Below, piece after piece: positions 38,966 to 48,874 of a DNA stretch of 64,000 bases (position 1 is the first letter of the stretch; every line of letters starts with the position of its first letter). The position numbers and the translations under genes were made by a program. The stretch is from positions 1,696,001 to 1,760,000 of the forward strand of contig OY968796.1 in the NCBI GenBank assembly GCA_963695545.1, written 5' to 3'. A model generated the notes under the pieces. The model did no database searches and was not told the DNA's origin. It was given only the letters and a program-made list of their open reading frames with translations. Origin of the DNA: Terriglobia bacterium. GTDB lineage: Bacteria > Acidobacteriota > Terriglobia > Acidiferrales > UBA7541.

Positions 38966-40633
38966 TCAACTCCCCGAGGCGCACCATTTTTTCCACGCCT
39001 CGCGATAGAACGTCTCGACGTTGCGCGCGAATCGCTGGGCGTCCATCAGAGGCGAAGCGCGCATGCGATCGCGCAGCGTGCGCCGATAGTTCTTCAAGCG
39101 CTCGTAATCGCCGGCCAACTCGGTGGCAATTGCGATGAACTGCTCCGGCGTCTTCGCGATCAGCTCGGGCACGCCGATTGTCGAAAGCAGACCGAGGCCG
39201 GCTCTACCCGCCGGAGTTTTGCCGACGAGGGTGACTACGGGAACGCCCATCCAAATCGCATCGCACGTTGTGGTGATGCCGTTATAGGGCAAAGGATCGA
39301 GGCAAATGTCGATGCGATCGTAGAGGCGCAAATAGTCGCGACGGGAGCAGCGCTCGAGAAATTCCAGGCGCGACGGATCGATCGCCCATTCTCCAAACCA
39401 ATTTGCGATTTGCTCGCGCTGTGCGGCGTCGAAGGTTTGCAGAATCAATCGGGAGCCGGGCGTGGCTCGCAGAACTTCGCCCCATAAATGCAAGAGCGGG
39501 CGATTCAGTTTGCAGGGATTGTTGAGCGAGCCGAAATGAATCGGCCCGCTCTGTTCAATGGGGCGCGGCGGAATTTCCGCGAGCGGATCGTAGGCGACCC
39601 AGCAATCGGGAAGTCGAATGGATTTCTCGGCGTAGTGGCGATCGGTTTCGCCGAGCGGGTCCATCCACGCGTCGGTGAAACGATAATCGATCGCGTGAAG
39701 GCCCGTGCCGCCGGGATACGCGAGCCATGTGACTTGAATTGGAGCTGGCTTGCGCGCGAATGTCAGCAAGCGATTGTCGGCCATGTGCATCGTGACGTCG
39801 ATCAGGATGTCGATGCCGTCGGCGCGGATATTCTCCGCCAGTTGTTCATCCGAGAGCGCGAGCACATCGTGCCAAACGTCGGCGGCGTTGCGAAATTCCG
39901 TGGTGATGGCATCGGGCCGGCGCACGGATGAATAGCAATGGATCTCGAATCGCTCGCGGTCGTGATTGCGCAGCAGGGGCAGCACGAAATAGCTTTCGGC
40001 GTGCGCGCGAAAGTCAGGCGAGACGTAACCGACGCGCAGTTTGCGGTCCGGCGAGCGCTCGTTCGCGTGGGCCTCGATAAATTCGGCTAGCGGCTCTGCG
40101 TGCACTTCGTTCCATTTGCGCAACGCGGCTGAGAGCGCGCCGGAATCGTAGTCTGGATGAAAATGCATCGCGTAAACGAGATTGCTACCGATCAGCGCGT
40201 GATCGGGTTTGCATTCGACGGCCTTCGCATAACACGCAATCGCTTCGGTAAGCTTGCCGCGATCTTTGAACAGATTCCCGAGATTGCTGTGAGCTTTGGC
40301 GAACGTGGGGCGCAGCGCGAGCGCCTTCGTGTACGCTGCGATGGCATCGTCGTGGCGACCGATTTCGCACAACACGTTGCCGAGATTATTGAAGGCTTCG
40401 GGATAATCGGCGCGCAGGTCGATGGCGCGGCGATATGCGGCGATGGCTTCGGTGGCGTATCCGGGGCCGCGGGCGTGGTACAAAGCGGTGCCGAGAGAGT
40501 TGTAAGCTTCGGGGAAAACTTCCTGCAACGCGATGGCCGTGCGAAACGCGGCGATCGCGTCGTTCGAGCGTCCGGCACGCAGGTGCTCGAGGCCCAATTC
40601 AAGCGCTTGCTGTGCGGAAGTTGTTGCGGTCAC
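38966..40633 (-). CDS. TPR-containing GT41 (SPINDLY/OGT-like) glycosyltransferase
   Basis: TPRs (AYNSLG, AFNNLG, AHSNLG), VGYVSPDF..H, PAPIQVTW, FGSLNN..K, LDPLPYNG.TT. Confidence 0.9.
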   Translation of the reverse strand: MTATTSAQQALELGLEHLRAGRSNDAIAAFRTAIALQEVFPEAYNSLGTALYHARGPGYATEAIAAYRRAIDLRADYPEAFNNLGNVLCEIGRHDDAIAAYTKALALRPTFAKAHSNLGNLFKDRGKLTEAIACYAKAVECKPDHALIGSNLVYAMHFHPDYDSGALSAALRKWNEVHAEPLAEFIEAHANERSPDRKLRVGYVSPDFRAHAESYFVLPLLRNHDRERFEIHCYSSVRRPDAITTEFRNAADVWHDVLALSDEQLAENIRADGIDILIDVTMHMADNRLLTFARKPAPIQVTWLAYPGGTGLHAIDYRFTDAWMDPLGETDRHYAEKSIRLPDCWVAYDPLAEIPPRPIEQSGPIHFGSLNNPCKLNRPLLHLWGEVLRATPGSRLILQTFDAAQREQIANWFGEWAIDPSRLEFLERCSRRDYLRLYDRIDICLDPLPYNGITTTCDAIWMGVPVVTLVGKTPAGRAGLGLLSTIGVPELIAKTPEQFIAIATELAGDYERLKNYRRTLRDRMRASPLMDAQRFARNVETFYREAWKKWCASGS

Positions 40634-40880
40634 CGATCGGATTCCTGCACGAAGCGCGCGGCTTCGCGAAATTGTTGCGGCGGACGGGAGTCGCACGAAC
40701 TCTCCGCTGCCTTAATTTCCCGGCAGCGGGAGAAGAGAGGAAGTATGTCAAGTTGCTTCACGCCCTCCGCGAGATAAATGCTCACCGGGGTATTTTGGCA
40801 GAGAAATCCTCATGTTTGCGATGAATCGGGACACGGAACGACCGGGAAGGCCAAATGCGTGTTGCGAGTGCTTCGAGTTG

Positions 40881-41015
40881 CTACGGTTTATGGCGCTTGA
40901 AGAATTCGACTTGGCGAAGGCGCTTTTTTGCTTCTTCGCGCGTCTTGTATGGACCGCCGAGATTTTTTCCTTTGCTCGACAACACCTGGTAACCTTTCTT
41001 AACTTTTTTGATCAT
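40881..41015 (-). CDS. Small basic protein, 44 aa
   Basis: Below the ORF-track cut-off. MIKKVKKGYQVLSSKGKNLGGPYKTREEAKKRLRQVEFFKRHKP with a GGGGAG RBS. Confidence 0.75.
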   Translation of the reverse strand: MIKKVKKGYQVLSSKGKNLGGPYKTREEAKKRLRQVEFFKRHKP

Positions 41016-41248
41016 GATCGACTTTCTCCCCGGATTTCGATAGCCTCACCAACCGTGTGGCGGTTAAATATTCCGACGGCGCGCGCTTGCTGTTCCCAGG
41101 CTGACATATGAGGTCCTCAATCGCCTGGAAAGTATCACAACGGAAATTCATTCTCTACGCCGCAAAAGTCGATTCCCATCGTCGTCAAAATAGCATCTCA
41201 TGCGCTAGGATGTGCGATCCGATTTAGGGGTCGCTCTCCGAGGATTCT

Positions 41249-41899
41249 ATGAAACTTAGCGAATATCGAAAGAAGCGCCGCTTCAGCGTCACGCCGGAAC
41301 CTTCGGGCGCCGGAAATGTCGGGACAAAAGGAAAGGCGACGCTCGCCTACGTCGTGCAGAAGCACATGGCTACGCAGTTGCATTACGATTTCCGTTTGGA
41401 ATGGCGCGGGGTACTGCTCTCCTGGGCCGTGCCGAAGGGGCCATCGCTCGATCCGGCGGTGAAGCGCCTGGCGATGCAGACGGAAGATCACCCGATCGAC
41501 TACGCAAACTTCGAGGGGGTGATTCCCGCAGGTGAATACGGAGGCGGAACGGTGATGCTGTGGGATCGCGGAACCTGGGAACCGGAGAGCGACGATGTGG
41601 ATGCCGCGTTGAAAAAGGGAGACCTGAAGTTCACGCTGCACGGAAAAAAATTGCGAGGTTCGTGGGTCCTGGTTCGCACACGCGGATTTGGAAGTAAGCC
41701 CTCTCGGTCTGCGTGGCTGCTGATCAAGCATCGTGATCGGTATGCGAGCACTAAGGACGTCACTGCGGAAATGCCCCGCTCTGTTTCGAGCGGACGACTT
41801 CTCGCGGAGATCGCGCGAGCCGATGGAGACGATGTCGAAAAGGCCGCGAAGGGCGATCCGGCGGGCAACGGGCGGCGCAAATCTCGCCCAAAAGGGTAA
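41249..41899 (+). CDS. LigD 3'-phosphoesterase domain protein
   Basis: Y.KKR.F..TPEP, VQKH.A..LHYDFRLE, SWAVPKGP, EDHP, GEYGGG. Confidence 0.93.
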   Translation: MKLSEYRKKRRFSVTPEPSGAGNVGTKGKATLAYVVQKHMATQLHYDFRLEWRGVLLSWAVPKGPSLDPAVKRLAMQTEDHPIDYANFEGVIPAGEYGGGTVMLWDRGTWEPESDDVDAALKKGDLKFTLHGKKLRGSWVLVRTRGFGSKPSRSAWLLIKHRDRYASTKDVTAEMPRSVSSGRLLAEIARADGDDVEKAAKGDPAGNGRRKSRPKG

Positions 41900-41925
41900 C
41901 GACGGCCTGCGAAAGAAGGGGCTGC

Positions 41926-42852
41926 ATGGCGACAAACAGGACTCCAATCCGCGTGCAGCCCATGCTGGCCACGCTCGTTTCCGAGCCATTCGACAAGCCT
42001 GGATGGGTCTATGAGGAGAAATACGACGGCATAAGGATCATTGCGTACAAAGAGCGGGATCAGGTGCGGTTGTTATCGAGGAATGGGAAAGACCGCACGG
42101 GGAGTTTTCCTCGAATCGCAGCGGCCATCAAGAATCTCAAGCCCATCAGACTTATCCTTGACGGCGAGGTTGTGGTATTCGACAAGAAAAAGATTTCGCG
42201 ATTCCAGTTGCTCCAACAGGGCAAAGGCGAACCGGTTTACGCCGTATTTGACTGCCTTTTTGAAAATGGCAAGGATTTGCGGGGTGAGCCACTGTCTGAA
42301 CGGCGCGCTGCGATGGAAAGTGCGATCGGCTCGAGCAAAACGCTGTTGCCATCTCATCAGCTTTCGACGAATGGCCTCAAAGCATTCCGCATTGCTCAGC
42401 GCCGGGGATATGAGGGACTGGTAGCAAAGGATTTTTCTTCTCCGTACGAGGAAACACGATCGCGCGACTGGCTGAAGGTAAAAGTTCATCAGGAAGATGA
42501 ATTCGTGATCGCGGGTTACACCAAGCCCGAGGGCGAACGCGAGCATTTTGGCGCTCTGCTGCTGGGAGCTTATGACAAAGGGAAGCTGCGTTACGTGGGC
42601 AAAGTGGGAACGGGATTCGATCGGAAGACGCTTGCTGCGCTCTATAAAAAATTCCAACCGTTCGTGACATCAAAATCCGCGCTTGTTGATCCTCCCAGGG
42701 AAAAAGACGCGGTATTTGTTTCGGCGCGATTCATCGCACAAATTTCGTTCCAGGAATGGACAGCGGACAACAAACTGCGCCAGCCGGTTTTCCTGGGCTT
42801 GCGCGACGACAAGCTCGCTCAAGAAGTGCGTTTGCCAGAGGTGCGCGCGTGA
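41926..42852 (+). CDS. LigD ATP-dependent ligase domain protein
   Basis: EKYDG, DGEVV, VFD, EGLVAK, WLKVK, VGTGF, LRQP. Confidence 0.93.
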   Translation: MATNRTPIRVQPMLATLVSEPFDKPGWVYEEKYDGIRIIAYKERDQVRLLSRNGKDRTGSFPRIAAAIKNLKPIRLILDGEVVVFDKKKISRFQLLQQGKGEPVYAVFDCLFENGKDLRGEPLSERRAAMESAIGSSKTLLPSHQLSTNGLKAFRIAQRRGYEGLVAKDFSSPYEETRSRDWLKVKVHQEDEFVIAGYTKPEGEREHFGALLLGAYDKGKLRYVGKVGTGFDRKTLAALYKKFQPFVTSKSALVDPPREKDAVFVSARFIAQISFQEWTADNKLRQPVFLGLRDDKLAQEVRLPEVRA

Positions 42853-43775
42853 AGGCGAACCGGAGTACGAAGGCGGAACGACCTGCGTCCACTAAATTGC
42901 CGATCGCCGTGTCGAATCCCGACAAAGTTTTTTGGCCTGCTGAGGGTTATACGAAGCTCGATTTGGTTGAATACTACGACGCGATCTTTCTAAAGCTCTC
43001 GCCGTACGTGAAGGATCGCATTCTGACGCTCGAACGCTGCCCCGACGGGATGCGAGGCGAGTGTTTTTATCAAAAGCAGATACCAAAAGGCATGCCTGCC
43101 GGGACGCCGACCAAACGGATCGTGCACGCAACGACGGCGCGCAAGTTCACTGACTACGTGGTGGGCGGTTCGTTGATTACGCAACTCACGCTGGCTAACC
43201 TGGGCTGCATCGCCGTGCACGTAATGGCCAGCCGCGCGAGCGCGCCGCGAAAGCCGGACTGGGTGTGCTTGGACATCGACCCCGGATCTGGAAAGTTCTC
43301 GGAGGCCGCTCGCGCAGGGTTGCACGTGAAAGAGGGCTTGGACATTTTGAAATTGACGTGCTACGCGAAGACTTCGGGTAGCCGCGGCATGCATGTGCTG
43401 GTTCCGATACGACGCGGACCGGATGCGGACGAGGTGCTCAGATTCGCGGAATCGTTTGTGGCGCGCGTGGCGGCTGCGCATCCGAGTGAATTGACTGTGG
43501 AGCATTCGGTCGAAGCGCGGCGCGGGCGCGTCTACTTGGATCCGTTTCGGAATGGTTTTGGACAAACCGTTGTGGCGCCATACTCGGTGCGCAGGCGCGA
43601 GAAGGCTCCGGTTTCAACTCCGCTCGAATGGTCGGACGTGAAATCTACACTGCTCCCCACGGCATTCAATATTGGAAACTTCACAGAGCGGACTCGGCGC
43701 GCCGATCCGTGGAGCGATTTCTTTCGGAATCGCCAGTCGCTGACCGCGGCGACCAAATCGCTTAGCAAACTGTGA
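42849..43775 (+). CDS. LigD primase-polymerase domain protein
   Basis: SNPDKVFWP, RCPDG, DIDP, KTSGSRGMH, VAPYSVR; GTGA overlap with the ligase stop. Confidence 0.92.
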   Translation: MKANRSTKAERPASTKLPIAVSNPDKVFWPAEGYTKLDLVEYYDAIFLKLSPYVKDRILTLERCPDGMRGECFYQKQIPKGMPAGTPTKRIVHATTARKFTDYVVGGSLITQLTLANLGCIAVHVMASRASAPRKPDWVCLDIDPGSGKFSEAARAGLHVKEGLDILKLTCYAKTSGSRGMHVLVPIRRGPDADEVLRFAESFVARVAAAHPSELTVEHSVEARRGRVYLDPFRNGFGQTVVAPYSVRRREKAPVSTPLEWSDVKSTLLPTAFNIGNFTERTRRADPWSDFFRNRQSLTAATKSLSKL

Positions 43776-43886
43776 GTGCTGGCGCGGATACCTGGGATCG
43801 GTTCGCCATCGCCGATCAGAATAAGTGATCGGCGCCAAATTTGGCTTTTCGCGCGAAATTCGAGAGAGAGAAAACGCAGAACCGGA

Positions 43887-43976
43887 TGGCGGAGGGGGAG
43901 GGATTCGAACCCTCGAGGCCCTTTCGAGCCTGGCGGTTTTCAAGACCGCTGCCTTCAACCGCTCGGCCACCCCTCC
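43887..43976 (-). tRNA. tRNA-Ser(TGA)
   Basis: 90 nt, anticodon arm GCGGT-CTTGAAA-ACCGC, long variable arm, GGTTCGAATCC, CCA. Confidence 0.97.
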
Positions 43977-44102
43977 GCGAGGTAGTGTACAGGCCGGGCG
44001 CGCGGGGCCGCAATCGCGCGGCGTCGCGCGAATGCTCGGTGCGCACGGCAACGCGGGCGCGACGCCGGCGCGGATTGATACGAGGTTTCTGACGCTGGGT
44101 TT

Positions 44103-44471
44103 TTAGTTCGGTTGGGTCGGCACGGAATCGGGCTTCGCGGGCCAATCCTGGGGAACGAAATCCACGCCCCAGAAATGGGGCGACGGTGAGAGAAATTCAA
44201 CGCCGACGCGCTGGCCCTTGTCCACGGAATCGCCGAGATAAACGACGCGGCACTCCTGCTCCTCTTGCGTGAACGGGTTGGTGAGCACCACGAGGGCATC
44301 CATGGCGATTTCCTGATCGAGATAAACCAGGCCGCCATGCGCGTTGATGACGATGGTTTCACAAGCGGTGCGAAAACGCCGCCCGGTGAGGTTTTTCCCG
44401 GAGGCCACCACGCGCACGCGCATGAAGATCCGCGTGCTGCGCCGGTCAGCCGAAGTGGAGGTTGCGCTCAT
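44103..44471 (-). CDS. PilZ-like domain protein
   Basis: DRRSTR (RxxxR) and INAHGG (N/DxxxG), CRVV, VGVEF. Confidence 0.75.
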   Translation of the reverse strand: MSATSTSADRRSTRIFMRVRVVASGKNLTGRRFRTACETIVINAHGGLVYLDQEIAMDALVVLTNPFTQEEQECRVVYLGDSVDKGQRVGVEFLSPSPHFWGVDFVPQDWPAKPDSVPTQPN

Positions 44472-44615
44472 GCAACTCCATGCTGCGGCAGGCTTCTCTG
44501 GGCGTCAACAACGCAACCCCCGCGGAGTTCCTGCTAGAAACCTGTCCCCGGGAACAGCGCGGCGCGCCGATTCCGCCACGCAGGAAAGGCGGCGCGAGGT
44601 GTGCGCCACCGATGT

Positions 44616-45089
44616 TTATTCTTTTTCGTACGCTCGGTTCAAGGTGTCGATATCGATCTTCACCATTTTAAGCACGGCTTTCATGACTCGTTGCGATCTT
44701 GCGGGATCTTTGTCTTGAAGCAGCTTGGGCAAGATTGTGGGAACCACTTGCCATGACAGGCCATATTTGTCCGTCAGCCAGCCGCACTGCACTTCCTTGC
44801 CGCCGGCGGAAAGCTTGTTCCAGAAATAGTCCAATTCGTCTTGGGTCTCGCAGCTCACGACGAACGATATGGCCGGCGAGAAAGTGAAGTGTGGACCGCC
44901 GTTGAGGGCGATAAAATCCTGTCCATCGAGCTCGAACGCCACGGTCATCACCGCGCCTTTGGGCCCTGGCCCCGTTTCTCCATATCGAGTGACAGCCTTA
45001 ACCTTCGAGTTCTTGAAGATAGAGACATAAAGGGCCACGGCTTCCTCGGCATTGCCGTCGAACCACAGAAACGGTGTGATTTTTTGCAT
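44616..45089 (-). CDS. VOC/PhnB-like family protein
   Basis: KITPFLWF, ALNGGP, CGWLTDKYGLSWQV. Confidence 0.92.
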   Translation of the reverse strand: MQKITPFLWFDGNAEEAVALYVSIFKNSKVKAVTRYGETGPGPKGAVMTVAFELDGQDFIALNGGPHFTFSPAISFVVSCETQDELDYFWNKLSAGGKEVQCGWLTDKYGLSWQVVPTILPKLLQDKDPARSQRVMKAVLKMVKIDIDTLNRAYEKE

Positions 45090-45158
45090 GGCTCTCTCCC
45101 TTCCGATGATTTGGACAATCGATCCCTTCGCGCAATGCCGCCCGTGCTCGGGGCCGCA

Positions 45159-45809
45159 TTACCTTCGGGCGTGCCGCAACTCCTTGGCGCTGCGTGGAAT
45201 GAAGAGGAACTCGAGATACCGGTGCAGGTGATCCAAGCAGTCGGCAGCGACGCTTGGTCCGTTCTTGGCTTTGGCGAGAATGAACGCGCCCTGAATGACT
45301 GCTTGCGTGTAGAGAGCAAGGCTTTGGGCGCTCCATTGCGCATCGATGCGGTAGTCGCGCATGGCTTCGGCGATATCCGCTTCTACCATTGCGGCGTGCT
45401 CGTTGAGGCAGCTGTTGCAGGCTTCGCGGATGGCGGGATGGGTCTCGAAGGTTTCCTGCACCATGGTGCCGAGCAGGCAGGTGAATTCAGGCAATTCACC
45501 CTGCAGGATCGCCTTGCGAAACTCGACGTAGGCCAAGAGCCGATCTACGGGGTCGGCCAAGGCGCGGTAGGGCGCCGTGGAGAACAAGGAGTCTGCCATC
45601 GAGGCAAAGTATCCGGCTGCCGAGAGAGCTAGCTCTTCCTTGCTGGCGAAGTAATGGAAGAACGCGCCTTTGGTGACGCCGGCACGCTGGCAGATATCGT
45701 CAACGGTGGTGGCGGAATAGCCTTTGGTGCGAATCACGGTCAGTGCGGAGTCGAGGATTCTAACTTTGGCATCGCTGTGGGGCTTGGCGTGGAGAGCCTG
45801 CGGTGGCAT
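45159..45809 (-). CDS. TetR-family regulator (NemR-like)
   Basis: GYSATTVDDIC..AGVTKGAFFHYF.SKE, TCLLG; GGAGG RBS. Confidence 0.9.
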   Translation of the reverse strand: MPPQALHAKPHSDAKVRILDSALTVIRTKGYSATTVDDICQRAGVTKGAFFHYFASKEELALSAAGYFASMADSLFSTAPYRALADPVDRLLAYVEFRKAILQGELPEFTCLLGTMVQETFETHPAIREACNSCLNEHAAMVEADIAEAMRDYRIDAQWSAQSLALYTQAVIQGAFILAKAKNGPSVAADCLDHLHRYLEFLFIPRSAKELRHARR

Positions 45810-45828
45810 AATGGACCTCCCGGTTGGT

Positions 45829-45856
45829 ACATACCAACTAGCCGGTATGTTGTCAA
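45829..45856 (-). promoter_or_regulatory. TetR operator within its own promoter
   Basis: ACATACC-N8-GGTATGT directly downstream of TTGACA (45851-45856). Confidence 0.75.
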
Positions 45857-46056
45857 GAGCTTTCCCTGTGTGTAGATCGATTCCGCGAACAGCGGTTTCG
45901 CCGCGATGCCCGATGGGCGGTAGGTCTCCTAGGATCGCAACGCTCGATCCAGTGCGCTCCGTTGAGAGAGCGCCGGCCATCCCGCCTTCGTGATAGCGGG
46001 CAAAGTGTAGCGCGGGATTCGTGGTATAAATCGGGGCGATTTATTTTGGAGCACGA

Positions 46057-47424
46057 ATGAGCCTCTTTGACTACATCGAAAGCAAGCGCCAAGAGCATTT
46101 GAACGACCTGTACGAATTGCTGCGCATCCCGAGCGTTAGCGCCCAGAGCCAGCACAAGCCGGACATTGAGCGGGCGGCGCAGTGGGTTGCGGAGCGTCTT
46201 CGGCGCGTGGGCCTGGATTCGGTGGAGATTCTGGCGACGAAGATGCATCCGCTGGTTTACGGCGAATCTTTGCACGCTCCGGGCAAGCCCACGGTTTTGC
46301 TCTACGGCCACTACGACGTGCAGCCTGCGGATCCGCTGAATTTGTGGACCTCGCCGCCATTTGAGCCGACGGTGCGCGACGGCAATTTGTTCGGCCGCGG
46401 CACGGCCGACGATAAGGGGCAAGTGCACATTCACATCCGCGCGCTCGATGCGCTGCGCCAGGTGACGGGGAAGCTGCCGATCAATATCAAAGTGCTAATC
46501 GAGGGCGAAGAAGAAGTAGGCAGCGAAAATTTGTGGGACTTCGTGCAGGCGAATAAGACGCGGCTGCGCGCGGATGCGCTGATCGTTTCGGACACTTCGA
46601 TGCTGGCGCGCGGCGTGCCGTCGATCACATATGGGTTGAGGGGACTCAATTATTATCAGATCGAATTGACCGGGCCGGCGCAGGATGTGCACTCCGGCGT
46701 GTTCGGCGGCGCGATTCCGAATCCGCTGCAGGTGCTGACGGAACTGTTCGCGAAATTGCACGACAAGAATTTTCGCGTGGCCATCCCCGGATTCTACGAT
46801 CGGGTGGCGACGGTTTCGCGCGCTGAGCGCAAAGCGCTGAACGCTTTGCCTTGGAAAGAAAAGGAATTTCGCAAAACGGTTGGGGCGCCCGGCTTATCCG
46901 GCGAGAAAGGCTATACGATCATCGAGCGGCTGTGGTGCCGGCCGACGCTGGAATTGAACGGAATTTGGGGCGGTTACATCGGGGAAGGCGCGAAGACCGT
47001 GATCCCCTCGAAAGCCTACGCAAAATTTTCAACGCGCTTGGTGCCGCGGCAGGAACCGAAAGAGATCGCGCGGCTTGTCGAACGCCAGATTCGGCGCCTC
47101 TTGCCGAAAACCGTTCACTGCAAATTTGAAACACTGAGCATGGGCAAGCCGTGGGTGGCCGCGTACACGCACCCTTATTTTCAGGTGGCGCGGGAGGCGC
47201 TGGAGAAGGGTTTTCGGAAGCGCGCGGTGTTCATCCGCGAGGGCGGCTCGATTCCGTTTGTGACGCAGATGCACGACACGTTTAAAGTGCCTTGCATTCT
47301 GCTGGGATTCGGCCTGCCGGATGAAAACGCACATGCGCCGGACGAGCACATCGCGCTTGAAAATTATTTCGGCGGGATCAAGGCCGTGGCTTCGCTATAC
47401 GAAGGCCTGGGCAACTTGAAATAA
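46057..47424 (+). CDS. M20 family dipeptidase
   Basis: YGHYDVQP, GRGTADDKG, EGEEEVGS, HAPDE. Confidence 0.93.
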   Translation: MSLFDYIESKRQEHLNDLYELLRIPSVSAQSQHKPDIERAAQWVAERLRRVGLDSVEILATKMHPLVYGESLHAPGKPTVLLYGHYDVQPADPLNLWTSPPFEPTVRDGNLFGRGTADDKGQVHIHIRALDALRQVTGKLPINIKVLIEGEEEVGSENLWDFVQANKTRLRADALIVSDTSMLARGVPSITYGLRGLNYYQIELTGPAQDVHSGVFGGAIPNPLQVLTELFAKLHDKNFRVAIPGFYDRVATVSRAERKALNALPWKEKEFRKTVGAPGLSGEKGYTIIERLWCRPTLELNGIWGGYIGEGAKTVIPSKAYAKFSTRLVPRQEPKEIARLVERQIRRLLPKTVHCKFETLSMGKPWVAAYTHPYFQVAREALEKGFRKRAVFIREGGSIPFVTQMHDTFKVPCILLGFGLPDENAHAPDEHIALENYFGGIKAVASLYEGLGNLK

Positions 47425-47431
47425 TTCTTCG

Positions 47432-48142
47432 TCAGTTCGCGGAAAGCTGCACTAATTTTCCGCGCGCGTACTCGGCGAGAGCCGTGTTCGCGTCAGCGAT
47501 GACGCCGAGCGCCTCGGCCACACGCTCGAGATCCGCAGCCGGCACCGCAAAGTACATTTCGCTTTCGCCGATTCCCGTGTACACACGATTTCCGATGCAG
47601 CCCAGGCTCGCGACGGTGCCCTTTTGGAGCGCCGCGGGAAGCGCCATGCAGGTGGGCCGTCCGAGGACGGGAAGCGAAGCGCCCGAGCCGGCGCGCGTGG
47701 CCGCCTCGTTTAGCAGCATGGCAGACGATGCGGGGCAGATGAAGAGCACGACGCTCGGCGTGACGGGCGTGCGTCCAAGCGGAGCGTAGACGATCGACGC
47801 GGGCGTTTTAGCGAGCGTGGGGATGCCACCGACTTCTTCGGGGCGGATGTATCCCAACTCAAACATCATGTTCATTACTTTCTCGGCGTCTTTCGCGCGA
47901 TCCGCGGGCAGCGGGAGACTGTGCGTGTGACTGCCGATGGGGCAGTTGTAGTGATCCGCCGCGACGGTTGAGAACACGCGTCCGTCGGCGGCAAGGCGCC
48001 AGAAACTGCAGCCAGCCGGAGAGTTTCCGGTGAAAGGCTCGACGCCCGCCGGTGCTGAGTCCAGAAACGCGACGGCCACGGGCCGGCGTTTCAATTGCAG
48101 GCGTGCGGTGAAACCCTTCTCAAGCGCTTCCCAATTTGGCAT
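47432..48142 (-). CDS. DUF169 family protein
   Basis: RPVAV, conserved Cys (GCSF, NCPIG, PTC, SLGCIGNR). Confidence 0.8.
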   Translation of the reverse strand: MPNWEALEKGFTARLQLKRRPVAVAFLDSAPAGVEPFTGNSPAGCSFWRLAADGRVFSTVAADHYNCPIGSHTHSLPLPADRAKDAEKVMNMMFELGYIRPEEVGGIPTLAKTPASIVYAPLGRTPVTPSVVLFICPASSAMLLNEAATRAGSGASLPVLGRPTCMALPAALQKGTVASLGCIGNRVYTGIGESEMYFAVPAADLERVAEALGVIADANTALAEYARGKLVQLSAN

Positions 48143-48313
48143 GGAGCCATCCTCTCGGATTAGTTCGAGCAGGCGAACATTATAGTCACAGCGGAGCCTG
48201 CCGTCGAAGAACTAAAGATGCCGCGCAGGGAAGCAAGAAGCGATCGAGCGCGCGTCCTACAGGACGACTCTCCGCGAAGCCGCATTTTATCTGGGTTTTT
48301 TGAATGTTTTTGC

Positions 48314-48342
48314 TTGCCTTCGAGGAATGAGGCCGCTATAGT
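48314..48342 (+). promoter_or_regulatory. Sigma70-like promoter of the HU gene
   Basis: TTGCCT-N17-TATAGT. Confidence 0.6.
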
Positions 48343-48419
48343 GCTCGCCGAACAGAGGCCCCACGTTTACCGGGCCTGCAACACACCCCCACACCAAGAA
48401 AAAAGGAGATCGAGATTCA

Positions 48420-48713
48420 ATGGCAGCAAAACCGTTGAGCAAGTCCAAGATCGTAGGTTATCTTGCGGAGAAAACCGGCACGTCGCGCAAGTCCGTGACC
48501 ACTTTTTTTGAGGAATTGTTCAAGCTGGCCGTCAAAGAATGCAAGGGCGGCGCTGGCAAATTCGTCATTCCGAATATCGGGCGCGCGGTGAAGGCGCATC
48601 GGAAGGCGCGCATGGGACGGAATCCGCAAACCGGTGAGGCTATCAAGATCAAGGCCAAGACGGTTGTCCGGCTACGCGCGGCGAAGGCGTTCAAGGACGC
48701 GGTTCTGAGCTAG
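48420..48713 (+). CDS. HU-family DNA-binding protein
   Basis: RKARMGRNPQTGEAIKIKAK; AGGAG RBS. Confidence 0.95.
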   Translation: MAAKPLSKSKIVGYLAEKTGTSRKSVTTFFEELFKLAVKECKGGAGKFVIPNIGRAVKAHRKARMGRNPQTGEAIKIKAKTVVRLRAAKAFKDAVLS

Positions 48714-48803
48714 TCGTACCTCGGGCACCGGCCTGGCAATTGCAGTTCGCGTTTGCGCGCCGCGCGGAGTTATCGCCGCCCGGGCGCTCAAAAGTTTCGA
48801 CGG

Positions 48804-48844
48804 CCCTCAGGCGACCACCAGCTGCCGCCTGAGGGTTTTCTTTT
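48804..48844 (+). terminator. Intrinsic terminator
   Basis: CCCTCAGGCG/CGCCTGAGGG stem followed by TTTTCTTTT. Confidence 0.75.
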
Positions 48845-48874
48845 CGGCCGCGCATGCGGATGTGGAGGAAACAA

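Noticed and set aside
40812..41111. 99-aa plus-strand ORF
   Set aside because: It is the antisense of the 44-aa basic protein, which has a better RBS and a more protein-like pattern.
40700..41240. att-site duplication of the tRNA-Ser 3' end bounding the LigD block
   Set aside because: I could not find a convincing copy of TGGCGGAGGGGGAGGGATTCGAA by eye, so site-specific integration is unsupported.
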